A DNA stretch of 32,000 nt from Candidatus Nanobsidianus stetteri (GTDB taxonomy: Archaea > Nanobdellota > Nanobdellia > Nanobdellales > Nanobdellaceae). This document shows, piece by piece, positions 17,743-25,860 of this stretch; the stretch's first letter is position 1; every line of letters begins with the position of its first letter. The stretch lies in the NCBI RefSeq assembly GCF_003086415.1, contig NZ_QEFP02000004.1:30001-62000 (forward strand), written 5' to 3'. Position numbers and translations under genes: made by a program. The notes below the pieces were generated by a model. It had not been told where the DNA came from and ran no database searches. It worked only from the letters and a program-made list of their open reading frames with translations.

Positions 17743-18570
17743 TCATATGTATAAATTTCTTAAATCTTCTATTGCCTTTTCACTCCATATAATGAATCTA
17801 CCTAATTTACCACCAGGAGCCAATTTTTCTATATTTAATTGATCTACTTTTGAAAACTCCACACCATCAATAGAAACCTTTGGTAATTGAGAATCAGAGG
17901 ATAATACAAATAAAATTCCTCTATATTTTTTTATTCTTCTATTTCTCATTTTTCCTTTTCCAGCTCTTTGTTTTTTATTTTCTTTTACATATTCAATAAA
18001 GTTTATTATCTTTAATTTATTAAATAAATTCCTATATTCTTTTGCTTTCTTTAATTCTTCTAGATTGGATATAACAATTGGTAGACCAAAAGTATTAATT
18101 GCTTCATTTAAATAAATAAAAGATTTTGTATATCTATTTTTTATATAATCTAAATTTGAAGATGCAGAAATTGCAGATAATATTGCTAATCTTTTTTCTT
18201 TTTTATTTATTTTTCTATGCCAATCTTTTTCTGGTTTTGGTGGATGTGCTCTTCTTCCCTTTACAGAACCTGGTATTACTCTAGCTATCCATATAAAATT
18301 ACCAGCAATTTTTGCAAATATTGATCTAGGAACCCTCGATATACCCCTTTTATATGAAGATCTATATGTATATCTCCTCTTTGATGTCCATGCGGAAGCT
18401 TCCATACCTGCATATTTATATGAACCATATGGTACTCTATGGCTTAACATATATGCTCTAAATACTTTATATACTATATCCTCTCTTATTTCATATTTAA
18501 AGTGTTCAGGTAACTCTATTTCTTTTATTTTATTACCTTCCTTATCATAAACAGGTATCATATTTTCCAT
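17743..18570 (-). CDS. rpl4: 50S ribosomal protein uL4
   Basis: 275 aa with 'GRRAHPPKPEKDW' and 'KQRAGKGKMRNRR'. Confidence 0.85.
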   Translation of the reverse strand: MENMIPVYDKEGNKIKEIELPEHFKYEIREDIVYKVFRAYMLSHRVPYGSYKYAGMEASAWTSKRRYTYRSSYKRGISRVPRSIFAKIAGNFIWIARVIPGSVKGRRAHPPKPEKDWHRKINKKEKRLAILSAISASSNLDYIKNRYTKSFIYLNEAINTFGLPIVISNLEELKKAKEYRNLFNKLKIINFIEYVKENKKQRAGKGKMRNRRIKKYRGILFVLSSDSQLPKVSIDGVEFSKVDQLNIEKLAPGGKLGRFIIWSEKAIEDLRNLYI

Positions 18571-18633
18571 GGCTATATTTTATATATAAAACATATTTAA
18601 ATCTTTATAATAACTCACATTAACTATTAAGAT

Positions 18634-20283
18634 ATGTATGAACTTATTAATGATATTATAAAAAAGAGCCTTAGAAAGATTACCATAATATTTAGTATAA
18701 TAATTGCATTAATAATTATAATAGGAAAATATTTACCAGTATTAAAAATATATTATCCAATTTTATATTTGTCTGCTGTTGTTTTTTCATTAGAAGTTAT
18801 ATTTCTAGAATATTATAAAACAAAAAAATCATTGGATAAATCTTTACTATATTATATAGCATATTTGTATTCTCTTTCATTTTCTACAAGCAATATTAAA
18901 AGATTATTAGAAATTGCAATTGAAGAAAAAGCAGAATTTAAAGATATAAATTATTATATGTCAAAGATACTTTTTTTAACAAAAAAATATAATTATACAA
19001 TCCCAGAAGCTATAAGATATGTATTACCATATATTCCAAATAGTAATTTCAAAAGTTTTTTAGAAAGATTTGCAACTTCAATTGATATAGGTGAAGAAAT
19101 ATCAGAATTTTTATATAAAGAATATGAGACACAATTGGCAATATATGAAGCAAATTATGAAAAAGGTTTAGAAAATATAAGATTATTAGATGAATTTATA
19201 ATATCTTTATTATCATCTTTAGGATTTGCATTTTCTATAATATTATTTATTCCATTCTTAATAGGTGCAAATATAATATTTTTACTGGCGGATTTCTTTA
19301 TAATATTCATTGTAATTAATTTACTTATATATTATGTATCAAAATATTATATCCCAGATGATGGATTATGGTCTCATTCAAAAGAAAAACCAAAAGAATA
19401 TATTACAATAAGATATTTATTTTACCTTCTATCTTTTTTATCCTATATATTATTTTTAGCATTATTTTTAGTATTAAAATTACAATTATTAGAGGCCTTT
19501 GCAATAGCAGTTACACCATTAGCATATGTAAGTTATAGGATGATATTATTAGAAAGAGCATTAAAAATAAAAGAAAATCATTTCCCAGCATTCTTTAGTA
19601 GTATAATAGAATATTCTGAAATATTTGGAAGTAATCAAACAAAAATATTGGATAATGTTATTATACATGATTTTGGTTTATTAAATGAAGATATTAATAG
19701 ATTAAGGAAAAGGATAAATATAACAAAAAATTATTCCGAATCCTGGAGATATTTTATAGTTGAATTGGGTAGTTCTATCGCAGAAAAAATAATAAAGGTA
19801 TTTGAAAAAGTTTTATCATATAATGGAGATACAAAGAAGGCAGGAGATATGTTATATAATATATTAATAAAGATAATTGAACTTAGGTCTAGAAAATCTC
19901 AATTTATATCAAATTTAAGGGGTATTATATATGGAACATATATAGCATTTATAGCAATTTTATTTATAATTGCTCAAATATTATATTTATTAAACCAGAT
20001 GTTTCAGGGTATATCTACAGCACTCGGTACTGCAGTAGCTCAGATAGGTATAAATATATATACATTTTCAATACCTCTATATATATTGCAAGATTATATA
20101 TTTGTAATATCTATTATTGAAGCTTTTATCTTAGCTGGAACATTAAAAAATATAGATGGGGGATCTAAACTTGGAATGTTCTTAGATGCGACAGTTATGA
20201 TATGGTTAAGTGCACTATTAAATATTGGGGTATATTATTTATTTACATATGTATTCTCTGGTCTATCTTTAGTAAAAATATAA
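18634..20283 (+). CDS. FlaJ/ArlJ-like archaellum or type IV pilus platform membrane protein
   Basis: 549 aa. Two soluble helical T2SS-F-like segments ('FLERFATSIDIGEEISEFL', 'WRYFIVELGSSIAEKI') are each followed by TM clusters. The size fits FlaJ. Confidence 0.6.
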   Translation: MYELINDIIKKSLRKITIIFSIIIALIIIIGKYLPVLKIYYPILYLSAVVFSLEVIFLEYYKTKKSLDKSLLYYIAYLYSLSFSTSNIKRLLEIAIEEKAEFKDINYYMSKILFLTKKYNYTIPEAIRYVLPYIPNSNFKSFLERFATSIDIGEEISEFLYKEYETQLAIYEANYEKGLENIRLLDEFIISLLSSLGFAFSIILFIPFLIGANIIFLLADFFIIFIVINLLIYYVSKYYIPDDGLWSHSKEKPKEYITIRYLFYLLSFLSYILFLALFLVLKLQLLEAFAIAVTPLAYVSYRMILLERALKIKENHFPAFFSSIIEYSEIFGSNQTKILDNVIIHDFGLLNEDINRLRKRINITKNYSESWRYFIVELGSSIAEKIIKVFEKVLSYNGDTKKAGDMLYNILIKIIELRSRKSQFISNLRGIIYGTYIAFIAILFIIAQILYLLNQMFQGISTALGTAVAQIGINIYTFSIPLYILQDYIFVISIIEAFILAGTLKNIDGGSKLGMFLDATVMIWLSALLNIGVYYLFTYVFSGLSLVKI

Positions 20284-20723
20284 TTTATTTTTCTTTCCTT
20301 TGGTATAAAATCTTTCAATATATTATTTTTAACATAAACACTACATAAAATATCATTATTATCTTTTGCTATATAAAAACCATTTTCATAATTTTTTTCC
20401 AATTTTATATTTTCATTATATTTATAAAAAAGATTTTCCTTTTTTATTTCAATATTTTTATTAGAATTTATTCCAAAAATTTGTGCACCTTCTATACTAA
20501 ATCTGTATATATTATTTTTCTCTATTTTAATTACATATAAACCATATTTTTTTATATATTTTTCATCTAAAAAATCTGGAAAATTTTTATTAAACATATA
20601 TATTTTATCTTTATTAATAAAAAATCTATATTTCTTTATTATTGATTTATCTATATTTGTATTATAATATTCTTCTATTTTCTTAAATATTTCTTCTATA
20701 TTCTTTTTATTTAATTCTTTCAT
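20235..20723 (-). CDS. Small pre-PUA/PUA-like RNA-binding protein (Nip7-like?)
   Basis: 162 aa. The pattern 'GLYVIKIEKNN..FSIEGAQIF...ILCSVYVKNNILKDFIPKERK' resembles Nip7/RsmF C-terminal PUA-like modules. It overlaps rfcL by 4 nt (same operon). The call is weak. Confidence 0.35.
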   Translation of the reverse strand: MKELNKKNIEEIFKKIEEYYNTNIDKSIIKKYRFFINKDKIYMFNKNFPDFLDEKYIKKYGLYVIKIEKNNIYRFSIEGAQIFGINSNKNIEIKKENLFYKYNENIKLEKNYENGFYIAKDNNDILCSVYVKNNILKDFIPKERKINYIFTKDRPENTYVNK

Positions 20724-21946
20724 AATTTTTCTATAGCACTCTTTATATATGATATTTCATTTTCATTAAATCCTAATATTTTTGCATATTCTTTTCCTAC
20801 TTTTTCATTTTCTTTCATTAAAACAATTAATGTATTTATATATACTTCTCTAATTCTCTTTTTTGATGTATGAACCTTCTTTTGTAAATTTTTTGATAAT
20901 TCTTCAATTTTTTCTCTTATTTCTTTATTTTGTGATAATTTTTTTACATATTGTGGCATTCTATATTTTGTAAATTTATTATATCTTTTTTCTTTTGCCA
21001 ATGCAACACCAGCATACATTAATGTTGTAAAATATTTTAATAGATCCCAATATTGTCTTCTATAAATTCTTCCATAAAATACAACTGCCAAAGATAACCA
21101 ATTATAAGCTTCATATATTTCTTTTATATTTTCATATTCATTTGATATATTCTCTTCAACCCATGCTTTAATTTCTTCAGGGTCCATATCTACATCTGCA
21201 AATGGTAATGTAGCACCCATTATTGTATTTGCCTTAAACATCTGACCCAATGCTCTAAATATTGTAATTTCTCTTTCTCTATAACCTAAAACTTCTAAAT
21301 CTTTCAATGTAATATGGTTAGTCATTGTTGCCAATGCTTGTAGATCATTTATTGCACTTCTTAAATCTCCAGAAGATCTTTCTACAAGTGCAGATAATGC
21401 ATTTTCATCAATTGTTATCTTTTCATTTGCACAAATTCTCTTTAATTGTCTTATTATATCGGCATTTGATAATTTTTTGAATTCAACCATATCACATGAA
21501 TCTCTTAATTTCTTAAATTTTGGATCCCATGGATCATTTGCAGTCAATATTATTGGCCACCTTGATTCTTCTATTATTTTTACCAATGCCCCAACTCCTC
21601 CTCTATCTTGAAATCCTGCTAATCCATCTACTTCATCAACCAAAATTATCCTTCCTTTTTTGAAAAATGGTTTTCCCTTTATTGCTTCTCCCAATTTCTC
21701 ATGTATAACCCTTGCATTTCTATTATCTGAAGCATTTAATTCTACAACTTCATAATTTAAATCATTTGCAATTGCATATATTGATGATGTTTTTCCAACA
21801 CCTGGAGGTCCATATATTAATAATGCCTTTTTACTTACATTTGGATATTTTTCAATAAAGGATTTTATTTTTCCAATAGCCTCTGATTGATTAATTATTT
21901 CATTAATATGTTTTGGTGCATATTTTTTTATCCATGGCTCAACCAT
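20720..21946 (-). CDS. rfcL: Replication factor C large subunit
   Basis: 408 aa with 'WIKKYAPK', Walker A 'GPPGVGKTS', 'ELNASDNR' and Walker B 'ILVDEVDGL'. Confidence 0.85.
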   Translation of the reverse strand: MVEPWIKKYAPKHINEIINQSEAIGKIKSFIEKYPNVSKKALLIYGPPGVGKTSSIYAIANDLNYEVVELNASDNRNARVIHEKLGEAIKGKPFFKKGRIILVDEVDGLAGFQDRGGVGALVKIIEESRWPIILTANDPWDPKFKKLRDSCDMVEFKKLSNADIIRQLKRICANEKITIDENALSALVERSSGDLRSAINDLQALATMTNHITLKDLEVLGYREREITIFRALGQMFKANTIMGATLPFADVDMDPEEIKAWVEENISNEYENIKEIYEAYNWLSLAVVFYGRIYRRQYWDLLKYFTTLMYAGVALAKEKRYNKFTKYRMPQYVKKLSQNKEIREKIEELSKNLQKKVHTSKKRIREVYINTLIVLMKENEKVGKEYAKILGFNENEISYIKSAIEKL

Positions 21947-22007
21947 TATTTATATTTTTATATCAAAATATATAGATTAATATTAGGTTATCTAATAGTT
22001 ACTATTT

Positions 22008-22060
22008 GATGATAGATAGTAACGATAGATTTAAAAATTTTTTCCAACAATAATTATAGT
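22008..22060 (+). promoter_or_regulatory. Conserved array promoter, copy A: GATAGAT-N6-GATAGAT direct repeat abutting a TTTAAAAA (TATA) box
   Basis: GATAGAT lies at 22011-22017 and 22024-22030, and TTTAAAAA at 22030-22037, 31 nt before the ATG at 22061. Positions 22010-22042 are identical to 22796-22828 (33 nt). Confidence 0.6.
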
Positions 22061-22591
22061 ATGGTAGATGAAGATCTATCAGAATTAGAAAAAATGTTAA
22101 AAAGAGCCCAAATAGATAAAGAATATAGAAGGGATAATAAAGATTATTTAGAAGAAACAAAAAAGTTATATGATGAAATATTAAAAAGAGCTCCACAAGC
22201 AGAAACAACATTAGAACTACTATTAAAAAGAATAAATAGCTGTGACCTATGCGATAAAGGAGAAGAATCTGGTGTATTTAAAGCTAGTATAATGAGTGCT
22301 TTTAGAGAATATGTTGAAGAAATAGATCCTACAAAACCGGATTATAAACAGAAAGTAAATAATTTAGAGTATAGTATGTTACATTTATCAACTAAATTGG
22401 TATTTACTGCAACATATATAACCTTCTTAGAAGAATTGCAAAATAATCTACGTAAATATGATTCATTAGAAGAAGCATATAGGTGGACATCTGAATACAT
22501 TAAATCAGCTATAGGATATCTACTTGAAGATCCTATAGGACACAGAAAAAGATTTGAAGAGTATATGCAAGTTGACAAATTATTAAGGTAG
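22061..22591 (+). CDS. Array paralogue 1: helical protein of unknown function
   Basis: 176 aa starting 'MVDEDL', with no TM or signal sequence. It carries the C-terminal family motif 'IGYLLEDPIGHRKRFEEYMQV'. Confidence 0.65.
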   Translation: MVDEDLSELEKMLKRAQIDKEYRRDNKDYLEETKKLYDEILKRAPQAETTLELLLKRINSCDLCDKGEESGVFKASIMSAFREYVEEIDPTKPDYKQKVNNLEYSMLHLSTKLVFTATYITFLEELQNNLRKYDSLEEAYRWTSEYIKSAIGYLLEDPIGHRKRFEEYMQVDKLLR

Positions 22592-22637
22592 ATTATTATA
22601 TAAAAAATAGAGAGTTCTTACATAAAAATATAAAATC

Positions 22638-22643
22638 TTTTTT
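22638..22643 (+). terminator. Oligo-T tract (archaeal intrinsic terminator candidate) in the conserved motif ATCTTTTTTATTTAAT
   Basis: A T6 run lies 47 nt after the stop of paralogue 1. The same motif follows paralogues 2 and 5. Confidence 0.4.
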
Positions 22644-22656
22644 ATTTAATTTTTAT

Positions 22657-22698
22657 TTAATGACTAAATAAAGATAAAAGTCTACTTAATATAACACT
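22657..22698 (-). pseudogene. Relic copy of the last ~13 codons plus stop of the 139-aa membrane-protein gene
   Basis: The reverse complement reads '...VILSRLLSLFSH*', against the real C-terminus 'GILSGLFSLFSH*' at 26872..26910. No upstream ORF is attached. Confidence 0.65.
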
Positions 22699-22793
22699 CT
22701 TTTTGTTGTATATTTTTATCCAGCTTAATCATTATTTAATATTTCTAATTAGAATATTAAAATATGTAGGATATATCTGCATAACTTCTATCT

Positions 22794-22845
22794 AGTGATA
22801 GATAGTAACGATAGATTTAAAAATTTTTCTAACAATATTTTTAGT
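22794..22845 (+). promoter_or_regulatory. Conserved array promoter, copy B
   Basis: GATAGAT lies at 22797-22803 and 22810-22816, and TTTAAAAA at 22816-22823, 30 nt before the ATG at 22846. Confidence 0.6.
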
Positions 22846-24042
22846 ATGGTAGATACCTCCTCATATCAAAAACAATCTAAAACATCGGAAGAATTAGTAA
22901 CGAAAAAACTCAATAAAGCTATAGCAGCATATACTTCTTATCTATTTACAAAGAGTAACGTACTGGAGAGAGTATCAGAAAAAGAAATACGCGCATTAAG
23001 ACCATTAGAAAGAATAATAAAAAAGTTAGATGAATTTGGTGAATGTAAAAGTTTTTTAACCAATGATCCAGAAACTCTCCAAAAGTGTATAGATGAATAT
23101 GAATTTAAGGATGGCTTACTTAGAGGTATTTCTGCATATCACATATGGGAACGTACACCAGAACAAATTGAAGAATTTACAAAAGGTTTAGAAGCATTGT
23201 CAAGAGGAGGAAAACGAGCAATAAAAGATTTATATCAACGATTCCAGCAATATAAAATTACTTCAGTACCTCAGGAAGATTTAGATCCCAGATTATTTGC
23301 AATAATACCCGAAATTAGTGCTATTGAATCTCTTATACTTCGATATTTAGAGAATCCCAGAGATTATAGAGAACGAGTTAGTAAATATTTAGGAAAAAAA
23401 CCATTAGAAGCAAGAATAGAAAAAGGAAAAGAAGTAGAATCATATGATGAATTAAGGAGGGCCATAAAGGGATACACCCTTTACTTATCTTACAAAGAAT
23501 TTGCACTTAAGGTAGTATCAGAACATATACCAGAAGCTTTACCATCGTTAGTAAAATTAATAGAAAACTTAGAAGAATGGAGAAAGTACAGAATTTTTTC
23601 ATATATCGATAAAAAATATCTCAAAGAGTATGCAGATAAATATTACGTTATGGCTCACATCCTTTCAATTATTCCAGAATGGTGGTTATCAAAGCATGAG
23701 CATACACTAGAGGAAATTAAAAGATTTACAGAAGGTTTGGAATTTTTAGCAAGAAAAGGCAAAGAAATAGCAAATGGTCTATATAAACTTTATAAAGAAG
23801 CATATAGATTGGCATTAGAAGATATATCAAAAGGTAAGCAAACTATATATCCATATGAGCTAGAAAATGTACGCTCAATTGCGGCTGGAAGGATAAGATA
23901 TCTTCTAGAAAAGTATTTTAGGAATCCTGAAGAGTATGAAGATCAACTTATGAAATATGCAGGATTGAAGCCATTAGACTGGTTTGATAGAGCAATATGT
24001 AACTTATATGGCGGCTGTAAAACAGAAAATCAAAGTACATAA
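22846..24042 (+). CDS. Array paralogue 2: two tandem family modules fused in one protein
   Basis: 398 aa from ATG 22846 ('MVDTSS', the same first codons as paralogue 1). The ORF-track GTG start at 22795 merely translates the conserved promoter. The internal repeat is about aa 15-190 vs 200-385, for example 'FTKGLEALSRGGKRAIKDLYQRF' / 'FTEGLEFLARKGKEIANGLYKLY' and 'RYLENPRDYRERVSKYLGKKPLE' / 'KYFRNPEEYEDQLMKYAGLKPLD'. Confidence 0.7.
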   Translation: MVDTSSYQKQSKTSEELVTKKLNKAIAAYTSYLFTKSNVLERVSEKEIRALRPLERIIKKLDEFGECKSFLTNDPETLQKCIDEYEFKDGLLRGISAYHIWERTPEQIEEFTKGLEALSRGGKRAIKDLYQRFQQYKITSVPQEDLDPRLFAIIPEISAIESLILRYLENPRDYRERVSKYLGKKPLEARIEKGKEVESYDELRRAIKGYTLYLSYKEFALKVVSEHIPEALPSLVKLIENLEEWRKYRIFSYIDKKYLKEYADKYYVMAHILSIIPEWWLSKHEHTLEEIKRFTEGLEFLARKGKEIANGLYKLYKEAYRLALEDISKGKQTIYPYELENVRSIAAGRIRYLLEKYFRNPEEYEDQLMKYAGLKPLDWFDRAICNLYGGCKTENQST

Positions 24043-24060
24043 GACTTTTTGATAAGATCA

Positions 24061-24066
24061 TTTTTT
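24061..24066 (+). terminator. Oligo-T terminator candidate after paralogue 2
   Basis: A T6 run in 'atcattttttatttaat', 19 nt after the stop. Confidence 0.4.
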
Positions 24067-24197
24067 ATTTAATCTTTTATTTAATGACTAAATAAGAAGA
24101 AAAATTTTCTTGATATACTAAACTTTTGCTATATATTTTTATCCATAATTCAACTCTAGATATTAAAATTATGGGATATATTGTATAACTTCTATCT

Positions 24198-24248
24198 GGT
24201 AATAGATAAAAACAATAAGTTTAAAATTCTTCCAATATAATATATATT
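24198..24248 (+). promoter_or_regulatory. Conserved array promoter, copy C (diverged repeat, TTTAAAAT box)
   Basis: 'aATAGATaaaaacAATAAGTttaaaat'. The box at 24220-24227 lies 29 nt before the ATG at 24249. Confidence 0.5.
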
Positions 24249-24887
24249 ATGGTTAAAACACTAGATGAAAAAATAGAAGAAGCTAAACGAAAAATAATAA
24301 CAACAGAATCCAAATATGAGGATTATGCAACAGCAATAAGACATGCATATGAACAGATAAGAGAAGTAGATCAAGAAAGTATTCCATTATTGTGGAATTT
24401 AATAAAAACTATGGAAAAATTTTCAACCTTTGACATAGAACTTAAAGAGTTCATATTATCCAATATACGTAAAGTGGCATCTTATGTTGAATTATATCCA
24501 TATTTCAAAGAAAGAATTATTCAAAACTTAAGAAGAGGTATAGAAATCTTAACAAATGAGGAAGGACTTCTTAAGATGAATGAATTATATTCCCTTATAT
24601 TAGATGGAAAAATACCTTTACAAAATTTTGACAAATATTTAAAAGAAGTACATGATTGGGCCTATAGAAATAACCTAAAATGGGATCAAGAAACTAAAAT
24701 AAAGTATGCACGGCAAAAAGGAGCATATGAGTACATTGGAGTTATTATAAAAGGTTTATTAATGGATCCAACTAAGTATGAACCATTATATAAACAACTT
24801 ATAGAAACATATGATTTAGAAAAATTTGTTGAACATTTACAAAAAGAATATGAAAAGTTAATCCCAAAAAAAGATGTAACTTTTTAA
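24249..24887 (+). CDS. Array paralogue 3: helical protein of unknown function
   Basis: 212 aa with family motifs 'LRRGIEILTNEEGLLKMNELYSL' and 'IIKGLLMDPTKYEPLYKQLIETYDL'. Confidence 0.65.
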   Translation: MVKTLDEKIEEAKRKIITTESKYEDYATAIRHAYEQIREVDQESIPLLWNLIKTMEKFSTFDIELKEFILSNIRKVASYVELYPYFKERIIQNLRRGIEILTNEEGLLKMNELYSLILDGKIPLQNFDKYLKEVHDWAYRNNLKWDQETKIKYARQKGAYEYIGVIIKGLLMDPTKYEPLYKQLIETYDLEKFVEHLQKEYEKLIPKKDVTF

Positions 24888-24975
24888 GATATAATCATAG
24901 CATATTTTTAATAAAACTTTTCTAATTTTTTAGTGATTAAATAAAGAGAAAAATTTCCTTAATATACTAAACTTT

Positions 24976-25006
24976 TTGTTATATCTTTTATCCATGGCTC
25001 AACCAT
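24976..25006 (-). pseudogene. Relic copy of the rfcL start codon and first ~7 codons
   Basis: The reverse complement reads ATG GTT GAG CCA TGG ATA AAA (MVEPWIK, identical to rfcL codons 1-7). It then diverges and stops after 15 codons ('MVEPWIKDITKSLVY*'). Confidence 0.7.
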
Positions 25007-25067
25007 TATTTAATATTTCTAATTAGAATATTAAAGTATGTATAATGAATTTAATATAATTATTGCC

Positions 25068-25119
25068 TAATAGTAGATAATAACGATAAACTTAAAAAAT
25101 TTTTAATAATTAATTAGTT
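25068..25119 (+). promoter_or_regulatory. Conserved array promoter, copy D
   Basis: 'tagTAGATaataacGATAAACttaaaaaa'. The box at 25091-25099 lies 29 nt before the ATG at 25120. Confidence 0.5.
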
Positions 25120-25860
25120 ATGGCGGACAGACCCTCTGATAAGAAACTTCTCGCCGAACTGTTTGCTAATGTATATCATAACATAGTCTCTGCCGAACGA
25201 CATCAATGTAAATCATCTTTAGAGGATACACTAGCCGAATTAAATCGACAAATAGTATATATCGAAGTTGAAGTATTTGAAAATATGGGTGCTGAAATGT
25301 TCTATAAAGTGAATAAAAAACTTCGACCATCATTAGATAAATTAATGCGAACTATAAGAGAATGGATAAAATACGGAAAATCTTTAGAACCATCAATACC
25401 GATTATTAATAGATTATATTATACAAATATATGGAATATTATAGATAAATGCTATTTTGCAACCAGTATATTAAGACCTATTAATCAATACTTAGAAGCG
25501 GTAAGTTTCGAATCTAACAAATCGAATTTTGAAAAGAAATTTGATAATTTAAATAAAGTTATAGGTTATTTATTATCTCTAGAGATACTTAATGCTTTGT
25601 ATGCAAGATTTTATAATAACGCTAAAGAAGTACTTGATAAATTAGATGAACCAATTGGAAATGATAAATTTGAAGATAGACCAATTAGCTATTCAGCAGG
25701 ACTTAAGGATGTTATTGATGAAATTAGGCTTAGTTTTCAGGAAGCATCTAATGATATTGAAGGTATCATAAAGTATCTATTAAAAAATCCTGAAGAAAAT
25801 ATAAAACAAGTTAACAAAATTATAGGAATTAGTGAAGATTATAGAAATAATAAAAAATAG
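25120..25860 (+). CDS. Array paralogue 4: helical protein of unknown function
   Basis: 246 aa with the C-terminal family motif 'IIKYLLKNPEENIKQVNKIIGI'. The 5' end is unusually GC-rich for this window (26 G+C in 25121-25180). Confidence 0.65.
   Translation: MADRPSDKKLLAELFANVYHNIVSAERHQCKSSLEDTLAELNRQIVYIEVEVFENMGAEMFYKVNKKLRPSLDKLMRTIREWIKYGKSLEPSIPIINRLYYTNIWNIIDKCYFATSILRPINQYLEAVSFESNKSNFEKKFDNLNKVIGYLLSLEILNALYARFYNNAKEVLDKLDEPIGNDKFEDRPISYSAGLKDVIDEIRLSFQEASNDIEGIIKYLLKNPEENIKQVNKIIGISEDYRNNKK

Larger units (their letters stand above)
22592..22845. repeat. Composite array spacer R1: terminator, 139-aa-gene 3' relic, rfcL 5' relic and promoter
   Basis: Positions 22657-22698 match the real gene end at 26872-26913 with about 3 mismatches. 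Positions 22714-22740 are a degenerate copy of rfcL start 21926-21952. Positions 22730-22768 match 25004-25042 with 1 mismatch in 39 nt. Confidence 0.8.
24043..24248. repeat. Composite array spacer R2
   Basis: It contains T6 at 24061-24066, a 139-aa-gene 3' relic from 24081 ('ttaatgactaaataag...'), the rfcL relic 'ttttatccataattcaac' at 24137-24154, and the promoter block 'ataacttctatctggtaatagata...' shared with R1. Confidence 0.75.
24888..25119. repeat. Composite array spacer R3 (best-preserved chimera)
   Basis: Positions 24930-24972 resemble the end of the 139-aa gene. Positions 24986-25012 are 27/27 identical to rfcL start region 21926-21952, including the start codon. Confidence 0.85.

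Noticed and set aside
22007-22012. UGAUGA (C-box-like) hexamer in the array promoter, considered as a second C/D sRNA.
   Set aside because: No CUGA lies at the required spacing of about 12 nt, no C'/D' pair is present, and the hexamer is not conserved in the other promoter copies.
22002-22211. 69-aa minus-strand ORF spanning the copy A promoter and the start of paralogue 1. A 78-aa antisense ORF also lies at 22342-22578, and a 72-aa one at 26129-26347.
   Set aside because: The peptides are hydrophobic and low-complexity, lie antisense to array genes, and are not conserved between array copies.
22795-22845. GTG-initiated 17-codon N-terminal extension of paralogue 2 given by the ORF track.
   Set aside because: This segment is the conserved promoter (GATAGAT repeat plus TATA box) that is non-coding in the other four copies. 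ATG 22846 aligns with the ATG of paralogue 1 ('MVD').
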